DNA of 64,000 nucleotides from Setoptus koraiensis (GCA_048013815.1 CM106585.1:3410001-3474000); one strand, 5' to 3'; positions 34,607 to 46,175 are shown, counted from the stretch's first letter. Translations and numbers: made by a program. The notes: generated by a model from the sequence alone, not told the origin.

Positions 34607-37600
34607 GTAAGACCACGCTCCCATTACTAATATGCTCTCGTGCTGCAAATTCTCAGGCAACATGTATCAATCGTGATGATAATATTAATTGTATCGACAA
34701 TAATTCTCATTTTACAGATTGAAACACACCACCGGCTTCAGACATCGTCACCATCACAATGGAGAGTATGCTGGCCTTGCACCCTCATTCAGACCTTCAC
34801 CAATCAGTGAGTTCCTATTGTCATCAAATCCATTCATCTGTGATTGCAATCTAGAGTGGCTGAAGAAAATCAATTCCGACACAAACAACCAACATCATCA
34901 CAATCACATCCATGTCCGTCAGCCAACTCAAGACGACGACCTCATGCTCCGTGATCAAGCGCCTTCAGAGTCAGATCTCTCTAGCGCCCTGTCTCACAAT
35001 TCTATGTATAATCCCGCAATGATTGAAGCCAAGAATCGTCCTAAGATTGTAAATCCAGCAGAAAACAACGATAATCTAACGCCAGCCCTAATATCGTCCC
35101 CATCGTCGCTAGAATTAGCGAATGCTAAGTTGCAACAATCAAGAAGCCACCATCAAACAATTCAGCCATCTTCGTTATCGAGTCAACCAGTTGTCACTAA
35201 TCAGTACGGTCGAGTTGCAGATCTAGATCTCATCAAATGCACACCTTCGTTTCAACGTCACAGCTCTATTGTGCACCAGCAGCAGCAGTCGCCATCTAGC
35301 GGCCATCATAGTCAACATAGGAAGATAGATTTAGTTAGTGCCAATTCTTCAAATTTTCTATGCAAATACAAAACTCATTGCTTTGCCTTGTGCCAGTGTT
35401 GTGAATTTGATGCCTGTGATTGTGAAATGATGTGCCCCGACAATTGTACCTGTTACTATGATCAAACATTGCAAACAAATATTGTCGATTGCTCGGCCCA
35501 CAACTACACCACCATACCCTCAAGAATACCCATGGATGTAACTGCTCTCTTTTTAGATGGCAACAACATAACATCATTGACACCTCACACTTTCATCGGC
35601 AGAAGGAATATGAAGTCGTTGTATCTGAATTCGTCCCATATTCATGTGATATCTAACAGAACGTTCAACGGTTTAACAGAATTGCAAACTCTACACCTGC
35701 ATCACAATCAATTGCAACAGTTGCAAGGGTATGAGTTTGAATCGTTGCCTCAATTACAGCGTCTGTACCTTCAACACAACAAGCTGACATTCATATCGAA
35801 TCAAACTTTCATCAATCTACGCTCATTGGAGATACTTGACATTAGTCACAATCGTTTGACATCAGCCAGATTGGATTTATTTTGGTCTTTGGGTCACCAC
35901 AATGTTAGACTGCGTCAGTTGTCGCTGAGCCACAATTGGTGGTCGTGTCAATGCGAGCTGTACAAGGAATTTAGGAGTCTAATCAAGCAAAAACTGATTG
36001 GTCATGTTAACATAGTAGACAGACAATACTTGCGCTGCTACTACAACTCAACAACTATGGGCCCGTTGCTGTTGGCCGATTCTTCTTCTCAACAGCAGCA
36101 GTTGCAGCATCAAGGTCTCACCGCAATTAATACTATCAATCAGTGCAGTCAAGAACCGACTGACTTCGACAGCTCAGAAATGAATCCTGCCCCTCCAACC
36201 ATATCGCCATTCAACCCATTGATTGATGAAGATATTATATCTACCTTAAATATTGATAGTCAATTACCTGATGTTCGATCACCCATGCAGCAAGCGGCTA
36301 AAAGCACTAATTATGCAACCACTGACTCGAGCGGCATCTATAGCAACAGCCAGTCGATGCCGGGTCATTCCAAGATGATCAATCAACCATCTCTATCTGA
36401 TCACACACTCTATGATCCTGCCCTCAAAGAAGTTAATGGTCACATCCAGCTCACATCTCCTACATCGATTCTTTCCAAGACTTCCGATATGAGACCATCA
36501 ACGACAACAACAAATAATCAAACGGCCCCACTGTCAACGACTTCATTAATACTTGTGCCGTCATGTTTGATCGTATTAATGACCCTTGTGGTCCTCATTT
36601 ATGTTCATCAGCAACACAAATACCATCAGCATCATCACACTAAATCCATCACATCAAATAATGTTTATGGTTTGGGTGTTGGGCCCGGTGGCAGTGCTTC
36701 GATAAATTCTGCATCATTAGACAGCGCGTCTGATCATCATCATCGCAAGCATTCGCATTACAGCAACCCAACGCCTTTGTGGCAATCTGTCGGTATCAAG
36801 AATAGAGTGAGAAATCTGTGCAAACTTTTAACCCGTCCAATGAGCAAAACAGTGAACGATACATCAAGTTGCGAAAAGATCTACGATGCTTTCATTTCTT
36901 ACGACAAACGAGACGAAGCGTTTGTGTTGCAACAATTCTCACCTGAACTGGAGTACGGACAACCATCATATAGGTAAGTGATAGTCTCGATAGATGTGAT
37001 AGATATGATTATATCGCGCTTTTATTCCGAATAAATTCTAATCTTGTGTGTTTCTATCTAACCCAAACAGAATCGCTGATCGGTACCGTGATCTGCCATT
37101 ACCCACATCGGCCTACATAGCGGAAGCAATAACAAGCGTCATTGGTTGCAGTCATCGCACAATCATCATTTTAACAGAGAATTACGTCACCAGTGATTGG
37201 TGTCGCTACGAACTACAGACTGCCTTACATGAGGCTAGTATTGAGCGCTCGCATAAGATTTTGGCCGTTATCTTAGATCCAAAGTGTTTGTTGGATCTGG
37301 ATGGTGAGATGCGTCATTTGCTGACAAGCAACTCGATGGCAAACATACAATCGACGACGGGGCCCCTGTTAAGTCCCGAATTCGCTCATCACTTCCAGCT
37401 TGTTACAAGCGGCGGGGGTGTGTCGAGCAATGGTGGCACCAGTGCGCCATCCATTATATCCTCTTGCGCAACACCAACAGCCAACCAGTTGTCTATATCG
37501 TTGAATAATTCTGGCCAAGCGCAGGCTCAATTAGTGTCGAATAAGATTAATTTTCTCAACTTTAATGACAGAAAGTTTTGGCCCAAATTAAAACAATTAA

Positions 37601-38268
37601 TGCCTATGCCACGTCTATCTACGCATACATTAACGCTTGCTGGTCACACAATAACTGGTGTTGGGCCCAACAGAGCTCTAGCAAATGTAAATGCTGGTAC
37701 AACAACGCTGCGTTCCGTAACACCAATATCGAATGGCCTAATATCGACCACAATGCCAGGCCAGACAACAATGTCTAACAATAATAACGCAATCTTATCT
37801 CTGTTGAAGAATGCAAATAACAACAGCAACAACAATAAGTTAATTTTAAACACGACCAACTCAATGTTGAATAACTCGGACTTCAACTCGCCAAGTCAAC
37901 AACATTTGCATCAGCAACACAAGCACCAATACCAGCCTCATTTGAATGCTATTCATCAGTACCAACAACAACAACAACAGCAGCACAATAGCAATTTGAT
38001 GAATCAAAGCTCGGACAATGCCTTCCGCCATCACAATCACTCTTCGTCCATATCTTCGTCAACATCGTCGCCATATCAGCAGATCCACTCAACATCCGGC
38101 CTGTCTATTGCAACGAGTCACATGACATTGAACCAGGCAGGTCAGCAGCCCTTTCAAGGTATGAACAACAACGGTACACAATATCCCCAGCAGCAGCAGC
38201 CTCATCAGAATCAGATAAGTCAAGATGGATCTCACCGTGCAGGCGTCAATCCAATAAGTGTGGTTTGA
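33627..38268 (+). CDS. Toll-like receptor, long-Toll (Toll-6/Tollo/18w-like), copy 1; join(33627..34606,34718..36973,37071..38268), 4434 nt, ~1477 aa
   Basis: Three ORFs join in frame through phase-2 GT-AG introns (AG|GTAAG ... AG|A, completing AGA=Arg both times). Domains: hydrophobic signal-like segment (MLLLTLLLQQACTVA), 8 LRRs, NPFICDC LRRCT, double Cys cluster (HCFALCQCCEFDACDCEMMCPDNCTC), 5-6 LRRs, NWWSCQC LRRCT, TM (LILVPSCLIVLMTLVVLIYV), TIR (YDAFISY, YRDLP, FWPKL). The true start Met may be a downstream ATG (MPTK, MKQI). Confidence 0.93.
34607..34717 (+). other. Intron 1 of Toll copy 1 (111 bp, phase 2)
   Basis: GTAAGA...TTTACAG; restores frame; same length as intron 1 of copy 2. 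Confidence 0.88.
34718..36973 (+). CDS. Toll copy 1 coding exon 2 (LRRCT, Cys clusters, second LRR block, stalk, TM, start of TIR)
   Basis: Acceptor tttacAG at 34711-34717; in frame with ORF 34719..36977; donor AG|GTAAGT at 36974. Confidence 0.92.
36974..37070 (+). other. Intron 2 of Toll copy 1 (97 bp, phase 2, inside TIR)
   Basis: GTAAGT...CTAAT (branch-like)...AAACAG; restores frame. Confidence 0.88.
37071..38268 (+). CDS. Toll copy 1 coding exon 3 (rest of TIR, Q/H/N-rich tail)
   Basis: Acceptor AG at 37069-37070 gives ...QPSYR|IADRYRDLP. The same exon start follows an unrelated intron in copy 2, which confirms the junction. Stop TGA 38266-38268. Confidence 0.92.
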
Positions 38269-38299
38269 TAACTATGACGAACAGCAAAAACTCCTCATA

Positions 38300-38307
38300 C
38301 TGTGATA
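38300..38307 (+). promoter_or_regulatory. K-box (miR-2/11/13 family 8mer target) in 3'UTR of copy 1
   Basis: CTGTGATA ~30 nt after the stop; same motif at the equivalent position in copy 2. Confidence 0.6.
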
Positions 38308-38781
38308 ACTATTTTACAAACACACTCGCACATTAAACGAAATAAAATATAAATTCAGAATGCTAAGTTTGATGATCGGAGTGCGCATTAAGCTTACCAC
38401 ACCTGTAACTACTATGAGTCTAGTCAATATGAACCTAAATACTATCAGCGCTCTCCTAACGTTGAACAACTTAACCAGCGGTCGTATCATTGAATGGGCT
38501 GCATACAGCAATTGATAGATTAATTTATGTCAATCGAAACAACTCGCCATCAGCTGTAAAACAAATCAATCAATGATTAATGTTATTATTACTATTATTA
38601 CTATTACTATTATTGTGAATACTATTACTACTGACCATCATACCAACTTTTGTTACGTTTGATATTCGTATCTTGAATATTACACGTGAGAGTTTACAAA
38701 AAACAAACAAACAAACGAACAACAAAAACGAGGTTCATAGAAACGAACACTTTCCACGGGAGACTCTAAATATTTTTCACA

Positions 38782-38787
38782 AATAAA
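38782..38787 (+). terminator. Candidate polyadenylation signal, copy 1
   Basis: AATAAA followed ~40 nt later by a GT/T-rich tract (ctgttgtctttttt); an alternative AATAAA lies at 38341. Confidence 0.3.
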
Positions 38788-40591
38788 AAGTCAGAATAAG
38801 AATATCAAATGAGCCTTTGTGATCACTGTCTGTTGTCTTTTTTTATAAACCACAATTCTTTATAATGATTGCTATCGGCTTCCACACCGCTGGTTGTGGC
38901 ACTGGTCGCGTAGTGCATCGGAATGAACACAAAAATATTAATGTATTCGGCTAATCACATCCTCCTTTCTTAGTGGCTTTGGTCACAATATTAGCTCCAA
39001 CAATAATTGACTCGTATATGTGTGTGCGTCTGCGATTAGTTCATGAATAATGATTTGACTTGTTCGGTTTGCTGTTGTTGCTATTACATCAGGTGAGTGG
39101 CCATAGTTGAGTCATAATTGTGAGTATGTAGGCGTTTATTTGGCATTGGAGTTAGTGTGCCTCTTAACACAACCACTGGCACTAACAAATATGTAATTAT
39201 CTTGTGTTTTGGCTATTTGTTGTAGACTCTTGTGCTTGAGAGATATAATTTGGTGTGAGTGCGGTTGACTAGAGAGACTAAACAGCTATTAACTAACATA
39301 CTAACATGTTGCTGATGCGGCCAAATGGTCATCATTATATTAATTACGCTATTGAATGGAAAGATTTTGTCTGCTACGCCATCGCACAGACAAGAGAGAC
39401 AGAGAGCGAGAGTGAGTTGTGGTAGTTGGCTGCTACTTCGTCCACTTGTCATTGTTATAACTATTATTTGCCATTATTAATGACGACGCTTGCTGTCAAA
39501 GAGCTCATATTTCATCCAATCATGCTAATTAGTGGCTTTGTGCGATACGCCACTAGAAGCCAACAACAAATGCAGTTTGTCGGAATAGTTTGCTCCATTG
39601 GCGCCATCAATAGCCATAACGTCTGTCATTAAGTTGACTTGTCGTATATATTGTTGTTGTTGCTGTTATTGTATATAAATATTGTTGTTGTGCAAGGAGG
39701 CCAGTGAAGCGATGTAAGAAGAACAACAGCAACAGCAGCAGCAACATACGCAGCACAACTGGTACGTCATGATTTTACATTTTGCAGGACATGGATTATG
39801 TTTCAGTGAGTTGGGGTCACTTGTGTGTGCGTGTGTGTTGTGTTGTGTTTGTTTTTGTTTGTGTCATGGAACTATATGATGGTTATATCATCATTACACA
39901 ACATGTATTATACAGCAGCATGGCACACAACTAATGTTGTGCATTGTGGTGGTACAATAGTGCAGCAGCAGCAGCAGCAACAACAAAGCCATAACGACCG
40001 CGTCTTGAGATAAGCATTTGACCATTATTGTTTATGTACGTATTGAGACACGATTGTGTGTTCATTAGATTTAATAGACGAGACAGTGAGCGAGACAGTG
40101 GTACGTAATTATCTAATAATAGTAATAATAATAGTGGGCATTGGCGCGGATAGATTGCAAATGTGCGTGCACTTGCTAATGAGAATCACCAGAGCAGAAC
40201 AACAATGGCCGGTTGCAGCAAGTAAGCGATCGATTGACATATGACACCTGGCGAATGTCAGAAGCAGCCGTAGATGAGACGATAATAGCAATAGCTCATT
40301 AATTGTGTGTCGCTTGTGTCCACTAAAACATAGCGAGAGAGATTGCCTTACGCTCAATTAGTTTATACGTACGATCGCTATGGTTAATGTGGTTGTTTCT
40401 GCTTGCATTGTTTCGCTGGCCGGCGGTCGCATGGACACAGCGCAGCAAGTTATTAGATAAAGGACGGATGGACGACGATAAGAGAGCGATAAAAAACGAG
40501 CAGCCAGCCAGCCAGCCAGTCAGCCAGCGACACAGCGATGAGGACAGTTGCGCCACTCGGACACTGGACATAATCCCTCGTTTCCTGTCCT

Positions 40592-40678
40592 CTCACACAC
40601 TCACACACACACACTCACACACACACACTCACACACACACACTCACACACACACACTCACACACTCACACACACTCGC
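40592..40678. repeat. Compound (CA)/(CACT) microsatellite
   Basis: Read directly. Confidence 0.9.
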
Positions 40679-42957
40679 ACTGGCACGATTGATTTGCCTT
40701 GATCCATTAATAGTGTGGCTCCGGCCGGCAGGTAGTTGTGTCGCGCTCGCTGGCCAGTCGTGCTGCCCCACACAACGACAGATGACTAATGATCGCCTGT
40801 CCGCCTGATCATTGTTTTTCCGTTGGCTAGCCCGTCGTTGTCTGTTGTCGGTGGTCGCTCGTTTTCGCTGACTGGCTTGGCGTGGCTCAGGTTGGTTGTG
40901 GACGCGTCGCGCCAAACAATGATGATATACGACGCCTGAATTGGACAGACCGACCGACCGACAGCAACAACGGCGGCCGACAACCGGCAACAACAATTAT
41001 GATTAATGATGTGTCCCAAACAAACTGATATTGATAATCGTATTGTCACCATTGGCCCGGCCATTAATGATTATGCAATGGCCATTGTGCCACACCAATG
41101 CATACATGTGTTGTCCTCTTGACACCTGGCCAAACAGACGGGCGGCGCACTTGTCGCAGCGCGCTTGTCTTGGCGTCGGCACAATGGGCACTGCAATTGG
41201 CCGGCCGACTGGGCGCCTGTTGAGGCGACCAAGTTGTTGTTGTTCTCGCTGGCCTCACGCTGGCCTCACACATCGGTGGCCCATAAACGAGCGGCAATTA
41301 TCTCGCTGGTTCTGGCAATTATCTTGCTGGTGCCGGTGAGCGCCGGCAGGGCACCAGTTGTGGCGAGCTCAACTCCGGATATCCCACAACAGCCGCTCGG
41401 ATATGCCCCAACAGCCGCCCGGGTATCCTCCGATAGCCGCTCGGGTATTGGACGTGGGCGACAGGAGAGGACAGGCTGGCACGACGGCATGTGTTGCAGC
41501 GCGCGGCCGAGTCAAGCTTGTGGCGCCTAATGAGCGCGGCGGCTAAAAAATCGCCACCGTGGTTATTGCCGGCCAATGTAACGAGCGCGCCATCGTCCCG
41601 GGGCCCATTATCAAGCTATTAATTGTTTATGGGCCGAGCTATGGGCGCGCTAGCCAGTGCGACAATGGGCGCCACCGGACAGAGCCGGGGCTGGCCGGTT
41701 TGGCTGGACGTCGCCTGGACTCTGGCCGCATTGGTAATTTGAGCCAAATGTTTGTGTTTGTTGTCGCGGGTCGTGTTTGTGTTGCGGCGATCGATGTCGC
41801 CGTTGTTATCGGTGGCTCGATCGAGCATCGACCGAAAGCAATTTACACACAGAGCGACATTTGCATTTGGGCCGCTCGCCTTTTGGGCTGGTCGCGCCTG
41901 ACGCGGGGCCTTGTGGGGCCGGCAACAAACAAACATGCCGATGTCGCTGTATTCCGATGTCGCCGTGCTCGCATGTCGCCGGGCTCGCATGTCGCTGCGG
42001 CCAGATCAGAGGGGCGATCCCATCTGAGGCGCACATTATATAATACAATGTATATAATGTGTAATATATGAGGGCGCTGGTCGGCGTAAGTGCTCCCACC
42101 GACAGGCAGCAAACAACGGGCACAGACGGGCAGCAAACAACGGGCCGGGCCCATTGTTGTCGTAATGGTTTAATTTGCATCGAGCCAAGCATCTTGGCCG
42201 CAGTGGAGAGGGGCGCACTTACGCAACAACGACCATTATTATTGTCATTGGTTGTTGCTTAATGTGAGTGGCGCTCAACATTCAGGCCGCCACTACAGCC
42301 ACCAACAGCTCAGCTTATGATCAGCGTGCTAGCGTGAGCGCGCGTCTCAATTGTAGCAAGAATTTGCGCCAATTTCACAGCGACAGCAAGAGTTAGTCGC
42401 TTATCGGGCGCGCGCGCGCGTTACGCCTGCGTTGCCTTAATCATTGGCCACTGACCACTGACCAGTGGAAGCGGGCAGTCGAAGAGAGCGCCCAGCGTGA
42501 ATGATGCAACCAGATGCAAGTTACATCAGTGCAGCCAGAGCGCCAGCCAAGCCGCACAACAAGCACAACAAGCACAACAAATCACGCAACAACCCAACGG
42601 CAACGGCGCCCACAATGGCGCCAGTGCGATGCCGGTGCCAGTGGCTTGTTGCTGGTGAAACTTAAACAACGCACCAGCGCCCATAAACAACAATCGAAAC
42701 AAGTGTACACAAAGCGCACAAACAATAATAAGATTACATAATTATATAAACGTTAACTAAATCAATGCAAAACCCATGAGTCATCATCAAATCGCCGCGC
42801 ATGCCGTGCCCATTGGACATCAATTTTGCCAGCGTGCAGCATGCCGCAGCAAACGCGCCGGCTCGCCACTAAATTAATTTGCCACTTTTGCGGTGCCAGC
42901 GTGTGTCACCAACACTGCTTATAGGCCGGTTGTTGGGTTCGTTTTCATCGTGGCGCC

Positions 42958-43018
42958 GTTGTTGCTGCTGTTGTTGCTGTTGTTGCTGTTGTTGTTGCTG
43001 TTGTTGTTGCTGTTGTTG
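42958..43018. repeat. (TTG/CTG)n trinucleotide repeat
   Basis: Read directly; gives a spurious poly-Q ORF on the minus strand. Confidence 0.9.
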
Positions 43019-44149
43019 GCTTCGTGGCCGGTGCCGCCGGACGGCTGACCAGTGAGACCGGTGCGACGGCAAACAATTGAGGCCAAAGTCAGTGCACTGA
43101 TTTAAAGGCACAACCGGGCGAGCGAGCACGATATCAGGTGCGCCAAACTAATGAGCCCGCTGTCATGTTGCGCCGTGTGTCGCGTGCGTTGTATCGTGCA
43201 CCGTCTCGCTGTCCATTCAATAGATAGATTGCGCAATATTGTGTGTGCTGTCCATCGAGCCGGCTGTCACGCTGCTGCGAGCGCCGTGCTCATGCCGCCA
43301 ACTTTACTCGCGCCCACGCATGCAGCACAATGTTGGCCCCACAGAATGTTGGACCCACAGACTGTGTGCCCAGCAGAGTGTGTGCACGCATTTTCGCGCG
43401 TGCCAAGCGTCTATTATTATCAATTGTGTCGCTGGCATGTTAATGACATGCGTGGCATGATGATGAGCAACAAAGAGATGACCAGGTTAAAGTGGCGACA
43501 AGTTGCTCGCCGGTCACGATTTGTCGCTCTCCAGTGCGCTCGCTGTCGCGCCGTTAGAGGCCGGCTCAGTTGCGGCCCGCTCCGTTGCGGCCCGTTTAGT
43601 TATGGCCCGTTTAGTCATCGCTAGCCGGTCATTGAGCAGTGCTGCTTCAGCTGACAGTGACCGGCTCAAGTCGCCCTCGGCCGTTGGGTGGCGTGACACA
43701 AAGCGTCGTTACACTTGCCCGTTGCCCGTTGCACAAACAATGGACGGCCGAACAGTGATGGCCGAGTCAAGGTTGTTAGTGCGACAGTCGATAATTATCA
43801 TCATTCAATGCCAATGACACACACACACACACACAAATACAATAATGTTATGTAATGGCTTGTGTAATGGTTGTCGTTGTGCGTGCAGCAACAACTAGAT
43901 CACTCGCTTGTCAGTCGCTTGTCGCTGTTCGTTAATACTGACCGGCAAATACTATTTGCGTATCACTATTTGAGCATTAGTGTATTAGTATTTGTGTGTT
44001 AGTATTTGTGTATTAGTATTTGTGTATTAGTGTCTGAGATGGTGTGTGCGAGGGCCAATTATATCATTATATTGCCGAGTGGCCGTAAGTGGCAGAGGCG
44101 AGATTTAACGAGCGTGTGTAGCGACCACGATGACATATAAGCGCAACAC

Positions 44150-44150
44150 C

Positions 44151-44191
<41 letters not shown>
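44150..44191. repeat. (CAA)14 microsatellite
   Basis: Read directly. Confidence 0.95.
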
Positions 44192-45332
44192 GTGCTAATA
44201 CTGTTTAATTAGAGCCAAGCTCGCTCTAATCAGTGTAATGGCCGTGTTATTGTTGTTGCTCATCAATGTCGCTCATTTAGTGCCATCCCGCGAGGAGCCG
44301 TTTAAATCCAAATGCCCCCCATTGCTGGCCGTTGTAGTAAGCAGTGTGCAATATGCAATAAGCAGTTTGTAATAAGCAATGTGCATTATGATGTGACTGG
44401 CACTCAAACTGGCACTAACTGGAGTGAGATGCGCTCATTTGCAATAGACAAACAATAACAACTCAATAATAATGGCAATGGCAATAGCAATGAACAAGAT
44501 GCGCCGCTCGTTAGCACTCAATCAGCATCGCATGCTGTCCAGCGATAATTGTTGTATAATAGATTTGAATTCGTTGCTGCTGGCTCGCAGCCCCACAGCC
44601 TTACATAATATAATATAATATATGTACCAAGCAGCAGCAACCAAAGAGATTAGCTTTGACACTAAATAATGCTCGCCACTAATAATGATGGCTCAATCTT
44701 GTAATCAAGAGCACACACTGCCGACTTGTTGCTCTCCTTGTTTCGCTGTGTTTATGTGTTGATTCGCGGCCATTCGCTCTGTTTTATGGCTCGGCCAGCA
44801 TGCTAATCATATTGCACAACAGTATATACATTATTGTTGCTGCACCGACTTGTAGTAGCAGCACAATGTGCGCCCCACTATCACCACCATCACTGCTATC
44901 GCTGCTATTACCGTCTGTGATCGGGCATTCGCACTCTGAGGCTTTGAGGCTTCCAGGCTTCGAGGGGCAATGGTCGGCCAATTGTGCGTGCCTCGCCCAC
45001 GATTGTAAAGTGAGACAATTAAACACGCAGTCGCAAGTTGAAACCACTGCCACTGCGTCCCATTGTTTGCGGAGAATCGCCTTGATCGCCTCTCAATATC
45101 AGCTTGTGCCCCGATCGTTGGGGCCCGACACGCGGCCACACAGCCGCACAGCCACAAACAATAGCGGTGCATGCGGAATGGCGCACACATTGCTAATTAG
45201 AGTTGGTGTCGTCGTTGGTGTGATGCCGACACTGGCAAAGATTGATTGGGAAGCGCGAGGAAGCCACAAATGATGGGCATTGTTCAACAACAATTTCACG
45301 ATTGCCATATTAATCAGCTCAATGCAGGGCCC

Positions 45333-45447
45333 GACCGACCAACAACGACCGACCAACAACAACCGACCAACAACAACCGACCAACAACAACCGGCCAACA
45401 ACGACCGACCAACAGCAACCGACCAACAGCAACCGACCAACAACGAC
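45333..45447. repeat. Imperfect 14-17-bp tandem repeat (CCGACCAACAACAA)
   Basis: Read directly. Confidence 0.85.
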
Positions 45448-46175
45448 CGGCCAGCAACAATGGCAACAATGCAGGCGAACAATATCAATAAACAACAAAC
45501 GATAAATAACAAACATGGCGAGCATCTTACAAGTAGTGTTAGCTACGCCCATCACAGTGACCATGATTAGATGGTGTTGGTGTTGTTGGCATAATTAGTG
45601 GCTCTTGTAAGCATTGGATAATGTCTATTATTATTATTGTTATTATTTGCTCGCTGGCAGTGGCACAAATGCGTCGCACAATTATCATTGTTGTCTCGCA
45701 GAAGTATAACTATCAGTTGTGTGTATTGGCGTTGGCTAATTATTATTCAAATTAACATAACCACCACCAGCAACAACAGCAACAACCGATACTGTTGCTA
45801 AAACTGTTGTTACTAATAAAGAGTCTTCCTCCTGAACAGCTGACTGTTTTGAGATGCTTGACTGACTAATTGGCCACATTGTGTGCTGCTCGATGTGGCA
45901 ATTCACTCAAGCTACCCGAATGGGGCTAATAGTAAAAAGCTAATAGTAGATACACACAGACAGTGGGCTACTTTTGGTGGCAAATCAGGATTCGCACCAT
46001 TAACATTGAACTGTAATCATTCAGTTGTTTCTTCTTCTAAATGATTGATTGTGCCTGTGCCGCCGCTGCTGCTGGCTCTGTCGTTTGTGGGGGCGAAATT
46101 TAGCGCTCCAATTAATTAATAATGCGTAAAACTGGCGGCTACCGTTACTTGGCAACTGGCATTCAATTGTGAGCC

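Noticed and set aside
35335-35583. Antisense ORFs over the Toll exons (35335-35583, 37644-37886, 50421-50621, 53173-53367)
   Set aside because: Short shadows of the sense CDS with no independent coding signal.
34719-38268. ORF-track entries 34719, 37048, 49751 and 52901 as separate genes
   Set aside because: They start at TTG/GTG near splice acceptors and join in frame as exons of the two Toll genes.
39082-39094. TATTACATCAGGT resembles part of miR-12
   Set aside because: The 5' seed portion does not match and I saw no hairpin partner.
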